Origin: an uncultured virus (IMG/VR IMGVR_UViG_3300012277_000001)
Lineage: Duplodnaviria; Heunggongvirae; Uroviricota; Caudoviricetes
IMG/VR virus record: IMGVR_UViG_3300012277_000001
Span: 186,001 to 250,000 of that record
Reading direction: 5' to 3' (one strand)
Length of the DNA: 64,000 nucleotides
Position 1 is the first letter of the stretch. The number at the start of each line of letters is the position of its first letter. The position numbers and the translations under genes are program-made. Shown here one piece after another: positions 1 through 8,694 of this stretch. Below the pieces are notes generated by a model. The model saw only the letters and a list, made by a program, of their open reading frames with translations. It was not told the origin of the DNA and ran no database searches.

Positions 1-50
1 CGACGCCCACACCCCAGCTGCAAAGGCAGCCCAACGATTGAGGTTTACGA

Positions 51-638
51 ATGAATTTCCCTACCTACAAATGCCACAAAGAAGTCCAAGCGTTCAAAAT
101 CCATACGATCACCGCACAGGCCCTCGGCACCGCTGAAGGCAATGTCGTGCAACCTGAAATGGTTGCGGTAGGCACCAACGAAGATGGTTCGCCACGACTG
201 CTTCCATCTGCGCAGAAAACCGAATACGTTCTCACCGACGAAACCGGCGAATTCTCGGTCGTGGTCAGTGAAGATTTCGTGGTCAAACACAACGTCTACT
301 CCGAAGGCTATTTCGTGCGTTACTCGGATGGTTATCAGTCGTTCAGTCCGAAAGAAGCTTTCGAAGAAGGCTACACGGTTTCCGAAGAGAAATCGGTGAT
401 TGTGATTCGCGTGGGCAACTCCCGTTGGACCCCGCGTATGGAAGAACTCGAACAAGTTATGGAACTGTTCGTAAACGCGACCACCGATCCAAAAGGCGCG
501 GTTGTAGCTGTAAACCACGGCATTCGTCTCGAAGCGGATCAAGTGTTGCGCACCGAAACCGAAAACATGTTCGTGTGTTCCGTTGCTGAAAAACGCGATT
601 TGAAAACCCTCCTGAAAGAGGCCAAAGAAAACCAATGA
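51..638 (+). CDS. Two-part hypothetical protein: N-terminal small phage beta-domain (YFVRYSDGYQSFSPKEAFEEGY type) plus a C-terminal segment that may resemble part of a portal protein
   Basis: GAGG RBS upstream; phage-like codon usage; motifs YKCHKEVQA and GYFVRYSDGYQSFSPKEAFEEGY. Confidence 0.6.
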   Translation: MNFPTYKCHKEVQAFKIHTITAQALGTAEGNVVQPEMVAVGTNEDGSPRLLPSAQKTEYVLTDETGEFSVVVSEDFVVKHNVYSEGYFVRYSDGYQSFSPKEAFEEGYTVSEEKSVIVIRVGNSRWTPRMEELEQVMELFVNATTDPKGAVVAVNHGIRLEADQVLRTETENMFVCSVAEKRDLKTLLKEAKENQ

Positions 639-1330
639 AAGAACTCGCCATTGCATCGAACATGATCACGATGGCACGCAACGCAAAATCTTTGGAGCAA
701 AAGCGCAGCCTCATGCTGCGTATGATTTTGCCGCTGCTGTCCAAAAACACCGCTGACAAAATGGCGTCCGTTATCACCAACCACAACAGCCGTGAATTTT
801 CGCAGCTTTGGGAACAGGTGAAACCGGAAATCGCTAACAAGTTGGCGTCCGACCGGGCCAAGCAAAGCGCAGGTGATAAATCGCCCCAAGCTGTAGCTAC
901 TGCAAGCGCAGGGGAACCAACGTACGCCGACGTTACGACTTTTCAACGTGACGACGAAACCAGCGTTTGCATCACAACGTACGGACCCCGGAAAATTCGC
1001 ATTGCTTTGAATGGCGACACTGTTCTCGAAGCACAGCCAAACGAAGGTATTTCACCAGCGGTTGCAGCAGGTGAATTGGTGCCGACTCCTGCGTATTCTG
1101 GTGGCACCGGGGGCATTTCGTCGGAGCAATTGTGCAAACTGGTCAAAATGGTGTGCGAACGCCTGATCATGCAGGCCGACCCTTGCCCATTGCCTTTGAT
1201 GAAAATGCCCACCAATTGCGCTGCGCACGATTGGCCGGATTGCAAAGTTTGTTTGTCGGGTATGAAGGGGTTTGATTTCAACGCAAACATCCTTGAACTC
1301 TACGACAAGCTGTGTGCATCCAGCATTTAA
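635..1330 (+). CDS. Hypothetical protein carrying LAIAS and AVATASA motifs; possible head-internal protein
   Basis: ATGA overlap with the upstream gene; followed by a terminator; Cys-rich C-terminus. Confidence 0.6.
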   Translation: MKELAIASNMITMARNAKSLEQKRSLMLRMILPLLSKNTADKMASVITNHNSREFSQLWEQVKPEIANKLASDRAKQSAGDKSPQAVATASAGEPTYADVTTFQRDDETSVCITTYGPRKIRIALNGDTVLEAQPNEGISPAVAAGELVPTPAYSGGTGGISSEQLCKLVKMVCERLIMQADPCPLPLMKMPTNCAAHDWPDCKVCLSGMKGFDFNANILELYDKLCASSI

Positions 1331-1347
1331 CCAGCTATTACCAACCC

Positions 1348-1376
1348 AAAGGGGAGCCGAAAGGTTCCCCTTTTTT
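1348..1376 (+). terminator. Rho-independent terminator
   Basis: GGGGAGCC-GAAA-GGTTCCCC followed by TTTTTT. Confidence 0.9.
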
Positions 1377-1439
1377 ATTGGTTTTTTATTCAAATGATTT
1401 GAAACCCAACCTAATAGGGGTCCAATGAAAGGGGCTATA

Positions 1440-1940
1440 ACCCGGTCCGACGAACGGTAAATCGTACCCTCAAAAAACTGTAAACATCGGGTTGTACGCT
1501 ATTGGATAATGGAGTGACAGAACGATTCATCGTTTGGAAACGACGCGAGCGATAGCGAAGCCCACACAGGATTGCAGAGTGCACAGAACGTTTGAATCGA
1601 ACGTAACGTTCAGAGAAAAACATACAGTGACGCGTAAGCGGAACGATAGCGACTAACGCGTAGCGTTAGGAGCGGGAACCGAAGGTTCCCCGTAATAGAA
1701 AAGAATTAACCAATTCCCCTTTCCCCTGCGGAGTGGAAGACAGTAGGAAAGAGAAGCGAGAAGGCTGGTGCTTGTTAGAGCTTTTAAGGAGAGGTCTGTC
1801 CGCGTTGTTTGTGCTGCGCAAAAACAATGGACCTTCGGCAATTGCTCGTTACCTACGGTAACTGCGCTCGAAGAGCGCCCCCTCCCCAGTTCCGCCGCCC
1901 CCTCCCCCGCCGTCCCGGCCACCGGCCTGCCGCTCCGTTT
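1440..1940. other. Long non-coding region rich in short hairpins with a C-rich tract; candidate replication origin or structured RNA
   Basis: No credible ORF; perfect hairpins at 1653-1669, 1674-1690, 1848-1862 and 1864-1878; C-runs at 1878-1908. Confidence 0.5.
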
Positions 1941-1969
1941 ATTTGATTCGAACCGAAGAGGATAAACCG

Positions 1970-2920
1970 ATGCCTTTCATTTACCTGCCTGAATACACCC
2001 TTGCCGATTCGCAAAAAGGCAAATGCCTTGCTGCCCAATATTCTGGTTTGCAAACACAGCTGCTGCTCGGTTGCATCGAATTGTCTGTTATTTCCGGTGG
2101 TGAAGGTGATCCCATTTATGACCTTCCTAAGCAGCTGCTTGATAACTACACACACCCGCACCAAGCTGTCGGCCTAGTGAATCCAACGGCGCTTAAAATT
2201 GTCGAAATCTTCGACATTCGCAATTTTATGGATTGGTTGTCCATCCGCCCAATGATCGAACGGCTCTACGGTTCGTTTGCTGTTTGGGACGACACTGAGT
2301 ATGTCCGTTTCCAAGATCGCTGGTATATCCGTGAATGGGTAAAGCAACAGTATAAAAAACCAAAGGGCGAATTCGGCATCGTGCTCAATCTCGACGACGG
2401 TAGTTTTTGCAGTATGGCGGTCGCAGTCGATGGTACGGAATTCAAACAGTTGAAAAACGCAGCTGCCTTGTACAAAAACATGCGGCAAGCTATGCGCAGC
2501 AAAGACCCTTCACTGAGAGCGTACAGCGATCAAAAACGCTGGAAAAAAATGATGGAAATCTACAGCGGCTATGACCTGTACCGAAACCGTGAGCGCAGCG
2601 CTTTGGTGAATTTGTGTGCCATTGATGCCTTGGGTATGGCGCAAAATCTCATGTTCATGTCGCCTGCAAACCGTGAGCAACAACAGCACAACAACATTAA
2701 CGGCTATACCGCCATTATGGAGTTATTGGAAATGGCAGCGGTGCAGACACGGAACCGCGATCCTGAAAAACGGATTTACGTCGAACGCGCCAGCACGCAA
2801 GGTCTGAAAAACCAATGTAAGACCGCCAGCTACAGTGCAGAAATGGCAGCAAAGCTGATTGCATTCTACCGCCCGGATTTGGTGCGCACGACAAAGAAGA
2901 AAACTGTAAAATCTAAGTAG
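1970..2920 (+). CDS. Hypothetical protein next to the candidate origin
   Basis: GAGGA RBS before ATG at 1970; about 316-aa ORF. Confidence 0.7.
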   Translation: MPFIYLPEYTLADSQKGKCLAAQYSGLQTQLLLGCIELSVISGGEGDPIYDLPKQLLDNYTHPHQAVGLVNPTALKIVEIFDIRNFMDWLSIRPMIERLYGSFAVWDDTEYVRFQDRWYIREWVKQQYKKPKGEFGIVLNLDDGSFCSMAVAVDGTEFKQLKNAAALYKNMRQAMRSKDPSLRAYSDQKRWKKMMEIYSGYDLYRNRERSALVNLCAIDALGMAQNLMFMSPANREQQQHNNINGYTAIMELLEMAAVQTRNRDPEKRIYVERASTQGLKNQCKTASYSAEMAAKLIAFYRPDLVRTTKKKTVKSK

Positions 2921-2947
2921 AAGTACAAATCTCATTAGGACAACATC

Positions 2948-3571
2948 ATGCTAGAGGTCAGTATCTTTGATCGACCGTTTGTGAACGCGTGCCGGGCCAT
3001 CGCTGATGGACTGTGCCTGTACGATAATAGTCTCTACTATTTCGCAAATGGCTTGGCCATCGGTTTCAAGGAAAAACGCCCGTACACCATTCAAACTGAT
3101 CAAGGTTACTGGGTGCCCAGCGGCACGCGCTCGAAAGGTTCGGTGGAAGCCCGTACAGAACTTGAGAAAGTGAACAAAGAATATTCGCTACTCAACTATG
3201 TGCGTAACAATTTCGACCACTACGTCGAGTCGGTGATGCTGTCCGGCGATACTGGTGATATCTGGAAACGCGTTCGGGTTCTGGTGGCGAATGATCGCGT
3301 GTACGTCCAGTTCCCCGACATTCGCGGACGCATCTGCCTCAAAGACAAAACGGTCCGTTTGAAAACCCCAATGCCGTCGATGCCCATTACGGTTATGCCT
3401 GAACTGGTCGAGAAGCTTTTGGGTATTTGTGAGGCGGCAGAACTGCCCCTCGATTTTGATCCTGTCGAAGTGATTGCAAGTGCTTACCGTGGAACCTGCG
3501 GTGGCCAGCACGTTGCGGCCCACGGTTACGCGATGGTCCTTTTGCTCCAAAACAAAATTGAAGGTATGTGA
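2948..3571 (+). CDS. Hypothetical protein
   Basis: AGGA RBS; 207-aa ORF in the operon. Confidence 0.7.
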   Translation: MLEVSIFDRPFVNACRAIADGLCLYDNSLYYFANGLAIGFKEKRPYTIQTDQGYWVPSGTRSKGSVEARTELEKVNKEYSLLNYVRNNFDHYVESVMLSGDTGDIWKRVRVLVANDRVYVQFPDIRGRICLKDKTVRLKTPMPSMPITVMPELVEKLLGICEAAELPLDFDPVEVIASAYRGTCGGQHVAAHGYAMVLLLQNKIEGM

Positions 3572-4221
3572 TGAAATACACTGAAGATCAAGTAAACAAT
3601 TTTCTGGAAGACTTGCTGGCCCTGCGTGAAAGCGGCCCTGTGTTCAATGCCCGCGTTGAACATGGTGTGATGAAATACCAATCGTGCGTGCCCGGTCGCC
3701 ACGCCATCAAAGATGCTGACGGCAAGGTCTACAACGTCACGTTCGCCGATGATACGGCGGTCGTCGGCGTAATGGCTGGCGGCCCAACCAAAGTGTTTTA
3801 CGCACACAGCCTTTCGCAGTTTGAAATTCTCGAATTGGCCGCCAAGAAAACCGTACGCATCGACCACGTTTCGTACGAAGCCGTAGGTGAAGTGCCGGGC
3901 ATTGGCTCGCTCTGGACCCACCATAGCGGGCGCCCGTATCTGGTATTCGGCTACGCGAACCTCGATGCCAAGCCTGAAAAATATGATGAATATCCGCCGC
4001 TGATTCTGTACGTCGGCCAGAACGGCAAAGTGTGGGCGAAGACCGAACAGCGTTTCAAGGAAACGATGGCCCGTGGCGGTCGCTTCCAGTTCCAAGAAAA
4101 AGCCGGTTTCGAGTACATGGGTATTTTGGAAAACGACGAACTGGTCAACGGCTACATCACCCGCGAAGTTCGCCAGCTGGCCGAACAAACCCAAGGGCTG
4201 GTTGAATATGGCGAAGAATAA
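3568..4221 (+). CDS. Hypothetical protein with a C-terminal DUF1653-like SH3 domain
   Basis: GSLWTHHSGRPYLVFGYA...ILYVGQNGKVWAKTEQRF. Confidence 0.55.
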   Translation: MMKYTEDQVNNFLEDLLALRESGPVFNARVEHGVMKYQSCVPGRHAIKDADGKVYNVTFADDTAVVGVMAGGPTKVFYAHSLSQFEILELAAKKTVRIDHVSYEAVGEVPGIGSLWTHHSGRPYLVFGYANLDAKPEKYDEYPPLILYVGQNGKVWAKTEQRFKETMARGGRFQFQEKAGFEYMGILENDELVNGYITREVRQLAEQTQGLVEYGEE

Positions 4222-4522
4222 CGAACCGCATTATTTGTATCGTTACCGTGCATGGGACAAAAACGTCTACTACAGCAACCGCGACGTTTCCAAACTGACC
4301 ACCGAACAAGTGGAAGCTGGTTGGGGACCGTGGGAATGGATCGACCAACAGAAATACGAAGAAATTCTGCGCTACATTTCTTGGCAGAACCCGTGCCACT
4401 ATCAGGCACAGAAACTGCTGGTTGAAATCCACGAAGACACATCATTCGATCCTAAACGCTGGATTGCCGATTCGTACGCTGATCGTTTGGCATCCCAAGC
4501 ACAAAAAGGCCGCACAGCATAA
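4208..4522 (+). CDS. Hypothetical protein
   Basis: ATG at 4208 overlaps the upstream stop region. Confidence 0.55.
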   Translation: MAKNNEPHYLYRYRAWDKNVYYSNRDVSKLTTEQVEAGWGPWEWIDQQKYEEILRYISWQNPCHYQAQKLLVEIHEDTSFDPKRWIADSYADRLASQAQKGRTA

Positions 4523-4550
4523 TCCGTAATGAACGGACAGGTGATGCATA

Positions 4551-4826
4551 ATGCAAAATATCCATAGTTTCTTCCACGAATCCCCTGAAGATTCTGTCCT
4601 CCATCACAAAACCCAGCTGTTCATGCAGCTTATCACTCTCGTTCGGGATGAAAACGCTGTGGTTGATGTGAAATCTCCCGCCTTCGAAGGTTGGTGCGAT
4701 AAGAAGATTTTGGACTTCACCAAAGGTTACGTCCACCGCATTTCTGCGCAAGAAATGGTAGAAGCCATTTCGCGCATGGGCTACGACGTTTACGTGAGCC
4801 TTGGCAAGAAAGAAGTTAAGCCATGA
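4551..4826 (+). CDS. Hypothetical protein, possibly HTH-like
   Basis: 91-aa ORF with a GGTG RBS-like site. Confidence 0.5.
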   Translation: MQNIHSFFHESPEDSVLHHKTQLFMQLITLVRDENAVVDVKSPAFEGWCDKKILDFTKGYVHRISAQEMVEAISRMGYDVYVSLGKKEVKP

Positions 4827-5173
4827 GCACACCACAAGTAATGCGCAAGGTTAAAGTCTGGCGCGTGCAGGTAGGAACCGAGAATCACAACCCAGTTTTT
4901 AAAGGCGACTGGTTCTTGGGTGAAGACTGGAAAAAGGAATCGTGGCCACGTGATACCGTGGTTGAAGTTCGCGAAATCTTTTTCTCTTTCATCTGGCGTA
5001 CGTGCATCATCAGCAAGGGCCGGATCAAAGTGCACAGCCGCCAGCTTTGGACCATGAAGTCTCGGCGCGGGGCACAGGTACTGTATGCTAACAACGGCAC
5101 GCCGTACGATGGCCATCACGTTTATCACGAAGAGGCACACGACGATGAATCTCATGAGGCCAATCCGCTGTAG
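4823..5173 (+). CDS. Hypothetical protein with a WTMKSRRGA motif similar to the shared basic module of the 15-18 kb ORFs
   Basis: ATGA overlap; sequence motif. Confidence 0.55.
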   Translation: MSTPQVMRKVKVWRVQVGTENHNPVFKGDWFLGEDWKKESWPRDTVVEVREIFFSFIWRTCIISKGRIKVHSRQLWTMKSRRGAQVLYANNGTPYDGHHVYHEEAHDDESHEANPL

Positions 5174-5433
5174 TGGAAAGGCCCCACACGATTGTCTACT
5201 GTGCGGAAATTTCCGATGCGCTGGCTGAAGTTCCCATAGCGGATCTGCCGTCGCATGTAGACGATCCAGACCACCGGCTATACGGGCATCCGCTGTTCTT
5301 GGTGCCCAACCGCCAGTCACAACATATTGGCATCGGCATAAACAAAAATCCTGACTGGATAAAATCTCACACACTAATGCTGCGATACGGACTCGTTGAG
5401 CCGCGCAGTTATGGAGCGACCAATGAGCGATGA
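5173..5433 (+). CDS. Hypothetical protein
   Basis: 86-aa ORF in the operon. Confidence 0.45.
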   Translation: MERPHTIVYCAEISDALAEVPIADLPSHVDDPDHRLYGHPLFLVPNRQSQHIGIGINKNPDWIKSHTLMLRYGLVEPRSYGATNER

Positions 5434-6646
5434 TGTAAAAAAGAAGAAAAAGAAAAAGGGGTTGGTGAAATCCGACGCCCCCGATCTGAAACTGAAAAAG
5501 AAAAAGAAGAAGGGTTCTGAAGGCGAAGACACTGGCCTGAAGAAAAAGAAAAAGAAAGGCATGCAAGACCTCGGGCGTGATGTGAGCGGCACCCTCGAAG
5601 GTGACGACAAGCCCAAGAAAAAGAAAAAGGAATTGGCGGAAAAACCTGCCGAGCCTATGCGTGAGCAACTGCCGGTCGAACAAGACGATTACATTATCGT
5701 CAAGGTTGGCAAGAAAAACGAACTGGCATTCGCTCACAGCCCCAAGCGTAACACCGCGTACATCGAACGCACCATGAACACCGATGCTCCGGTTACGTTC
5801 GAATACGACGGCAATACGCTGATTGCCAACCTCGGCAAAGATCCGATCCCCGGCAAAGTCTTCGGCGTCGATATCCAGCCGCATTATGGCACCATTGATT
5901 CGCCAATGGGTCCGATGCACATGTTCCGCAAGCTGACCGAAGAAGAAAAAGAAGCGATTTGAATCGCACAGAAAAAAGTTGTGAAGAAACTGGAAGGTAT
6001 GGAACTGGGCAAGCTGTTCCCGTTTACCAGCCTCGAAGTGCACAATCCACGCGGGCGTTGGGCCGGTTCCTACCAAGTCAGTTTCAAATCCGGCGAAGCG
6101 GTGGACAAAGTAAAACTGATGCCGAAAATCCTCGACGATCAGATTTACAACCAGTATGTTTTCGCCCACGAATGCGGCCACGGCGTGTGGTATCGCTATG
6201 TGCCTGAGCGCATCCGTGCATTGTGGCTCGAACAGTACAACGCCATGACCGCCGTCACCAAAGCCAAGAAATCCGAACTGGCCGACCAATGCCAATCGCT
6301 GGTTTCTTCCGGCCTGTCGATTCGCGATTTCCAACGTGATTTGGAAGGCGATGAACTGGCTATGTTCAAAGAGGCGCTGGCATACCTGAAGAAAGTTCAC
6401 AAAATGACGCCGGAAGACGTGAACGTTCTGCTGAACCAGAACAGCACGGTGCTTGCTGAAATCTGGCCGACTAGCGCTTCGATTTCCAACGCCGATTCGC
6501 TGGCTGCGTTGCATGGCCCGTATGCCGCAACGTCCGTGCAGGAAATGTTCGCCGAGATTTTCGCCGCTCATTTGAAGGGTGATCACGTGGGCAAAACCCT
6601 GACTAAGCTGCTGGAAAAAACACTCAAAGTTGCACGTTCGGAGTAA
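5423..6646 (+). pseudogene. Zincin-like metallopeptidase (HExxH) with a poly-Lys N-terminus, interrupted by one in-frame TGA at 5960-5962 (nonsense mutation, readthrough or sequencing error)
   Basis: ORFs 5423-5962 and 5981-6646 share a frame; read-through gives EEKEAI*IAQKKVVKKLEG; motifs FAHECGHGVW and EMFAEIF. Confidence 0.6.
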
Positions 6647-6653
6647 ATAGAAA

Positions 6654-6914
6654 ATGAGCAAAGACGATATCCAATACCACGATGCACTTTTCCTCGGCGG
6701 TCCGCATGACGGCGAGTGGCACGAAGTAATTGTCGGCGCTCCGTCTGTTCTGATGCGGGGGCCTACCAATGTGCGCCCCCAGCACGATCATGAACAAAAC
6801 GCGTGGGCATATACGCGCTTCGATCTTATGTCGAACAGTGGCCACCGCTACCCGATTTATACCTATGGCCGCATTGACGTTGTGGGCCGCCTTCTGGATG
6901 GTTTTGTGCGATGA
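6654..6914 (+). CDS. Hypothetical protein (FLGGPHDG motif, common in small phage proteins)
   Basis: Motif LFLGGPHDGE. Confidence 0.55.
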   Translation: MSKDDIQYHDALFLGGPHDGEWHEVIVGAPSVLMRGPTNVRPQHDHEQNAWAYTRFDLMSNSGHRYPIYTYGRIDVVGRLLDGFVR

Positions 6915-7177
6915 AAAAGATACTGCTTGCTTTTGCATTTCTGGCCATTGGCGGCTGTGGCGACGGCAAAATCTACGTCGATTCCACGACCGGTCAACGC
7001 GTTGCGGCCCCTGAAGAACGTTCATTGGAATCTATGGAATATTTCCCGTCTGCCCCGCGCCTTGTAAGCCGGACCTGCATCGAAGGGGTTGTCTATTTGT
7101 CGTTGGGTCATGGTTTTACCGTGGCCTTCAAACCCGATGGTTCCGTCGCCAAATGCAAAGGGGCACAGCTTCTATGA
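6911..7177 (+). CDS. Predicted lipoprotein
   Basis: Signal peptide MKKILLAFAFLAIGG-C with a lipobox-like Cys. Confidence 0.65.
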   Translation: MKKILLAFAFLAIGGCGDGKIYVDSTTGQRVAAPEERSLESMEYFPSAPRLVSRTCIEGVVYLSLGHGFTVAFKPDGSVAKCKGAQLL

Positions 7178-7476
7178 ACCCAAAAGTCCAACTGATGATT
7201 GCTGTATGGTGTGTCGCAGTTGGTGCCCTTATTGCCTATGCAGTGTGGAAGGGTATCAGTGCCGCCAAGGCCACTAAGCGCAAGCGCGACCACGACGCTG
7301 CGATTGCTGCTGCCAAGGCCCAAGGGAAGAAACCCAAATCCAATTTCCAACGCAGTATGGATCGGGCTATCTACCACAAAGCAGTGCGCCGTGGCGCAAC
7401 ACCGGCTGAAGCAATCAAGGCCGTGAAGATTTACAACGATAAGCTGGCCCAGCGCGATACTGTAAATAATGGGTAA
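7174..7476 (+). CDS. Small membrane-anchored basic protein
   Basis: N-terminal hydrophobic helix LMIAVWCVAVGALIAYAVW. Confidence 0.6.
   Translation: MNPKVQLMIAVWCVAVGALIAYAVWKGISAAKATKRKRDHDAAIAAAKAQGKKPKSNFQRSMDRAIYHKAVRRGATPAEAIKAVKIYNDKLAQRDTVNNG
7460..7468 (+). promoter_or_regulatory. CTGTAAATA motif (putative phage middle/replication promoter element); one of 10 copies
   Basis: Recurs at 1478, 7460, 10670, 18054, 27576, 35492, 37971, 42220, 45625 and 54579. Confidence 0.65.
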
Positions 7477-7500
7477 GCCCTCAAACAAAGTGACTGTGAC

Positions 7501-8694
7501 ATGCCGAAAGAAAAAGAAGTAGTGAAGAAAAAGAAAAAGACATTCAAATCGGACACCGAAGAGAATGTGAAGTCCGCGAAGAAGAAAGCGAAATCCTCCG
7601 GGCCGCTGACGCTCGAAACTTCGCAGCTGGCAAACGTCCACCGTCCGAAAACCTTGGGTGATATGGTTGGGCAGGACACGACAGTTGCCGCCCTCGAAGG
7701 CATGTTCAAACGGGGCAAGATTCCGCAAGTTCTGCTGTTCTCCGGCCATTACGGTTGCGGCAAAACTTCGTTCGCCGGAATCGTTGCTCGCATGATCAAC
7801 TGTGAAACGCTCAACATGTGCGGCAAGTGCACCAGCTGCCGTATGAGCAAACACCCGGACCTGATCGAGCACGACGCGGCAGTCAAGGGCAACATTGACG
7901 CCATTCGTTCGCTGATCGCAGCAGCCGGCAACGCCCCTGCATTCCGCAAGCGTGTAATTCTGGTAGACGAAGTGCATGCACTCCGTGACGCATCCGAAAA
8001 AGCGATGCTGACCAGCGTAGAAAATCCACCGCCGAACACCATCTGGTTGCTGTGCACCACCAACCCGGAAAAGATGAACAAGGCGCTGGTTAGTCGAGCA
8101 ACGCATTTCCGTCTGAAACAAATCGAATTGCCGACCATGGTCGAGCGACTGACTTTCATTGCCGAGACTGAAGGGCAGAAGGTCAAAAAGGAAGTGAAAA
8201 AAGCGATCACCACCATCGCAGAATCCAGCAACGGATCGCTTCGTGAAGCAGTGTCCAAGCTGGATTTGTTGCTTTCGGTCCTCGCATCCGGTCGCGAATA
8301 CAACCCCGACGACTTGAGTTCGTTCGTGGATATCGAAGCGGACCTCGATGAATATTCTGCGCATTTCCTTGCGTCGATTTTCAAAAAGGATCTGGTCAAG
8401 ATGGTGCAATGTGCCAAGACCTGTGGCGGTGTTCGCGGCCTGATCAACAAAACCCGCTGGCTCGTTGAATACAAGATTGGCCAGCACACCGGCACTAACA
8501 AATACACGCCGTACAACGGCAAGCTTTTCGATGCGTTGGCTAAGCAGGAAGGCATCAAGAAAACCGGTATGAAACCGTTGATCATGATCCAGAATTTGCT
8601 GAGCGAAATCGAAGTCAAACTGAACAGCGCAACCCTCGACGAAACCGTTGTTTTCTATTCGTCGGTCGGTGCCTTTATCGTAGAGAACGAATGA
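7501..8694 (+). CDS. dnaX: DNA polymerase III gamma/tau-like clamp loader AAA+ ATPase
   Basis: HRPKTLGDMVGQ, Walker A GHYGCGKT, C4 zinc motif, Walker B ILVDEVH, SRC-like VSRA. Confidence 0.9.
   Translation: MPKEKEVVKKKKKTFKSDTEENVKSAKKKAKSSGPLTLETSQLANVHRPKTLGDMVGQDTTVAALEGMFKRGKIPQVLLFSGHYGCGKTSFAGIVARMINCETLNMCGKCTSCRMSKHPDLIEHDAAVKGNIDAIRSLIAAAGNAPAFRKRVILVDEVHALRDASEKAMLTSVENPPPNTIWLLCTTNPEKMNKALVSRATHFRLKQIELPTMVERLTFIAETEGQKVKKEVKKAITTIAESSNGSLREAVSKLDLLLSVLASGREYNPDDLSSFVDIEADLDEYSAHFLASIFKKDLVKMVQCAKTCGGVRGLINKTRWLVEYKIGQHTGTNKYTPYNGKLFDALAKQEGIKKTGMKPLIMIQNLLSEIEVKLNSATLDETVVFYSSVGAFIVENE

Noticed and set aside
1558..1570. 13-bp match AAGCCCACACAGG also at 61385-61397
   Set aside because: A single 13-bp repeat is expected by chance in 64 kb and has no supporting context.
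5960..5962. Genome-wide TGA recoding
   Set aside because: Many genes end in TGA at ATGA overlaps, and the long conserved genes have no internal TGA. Only this one site is anomalous.
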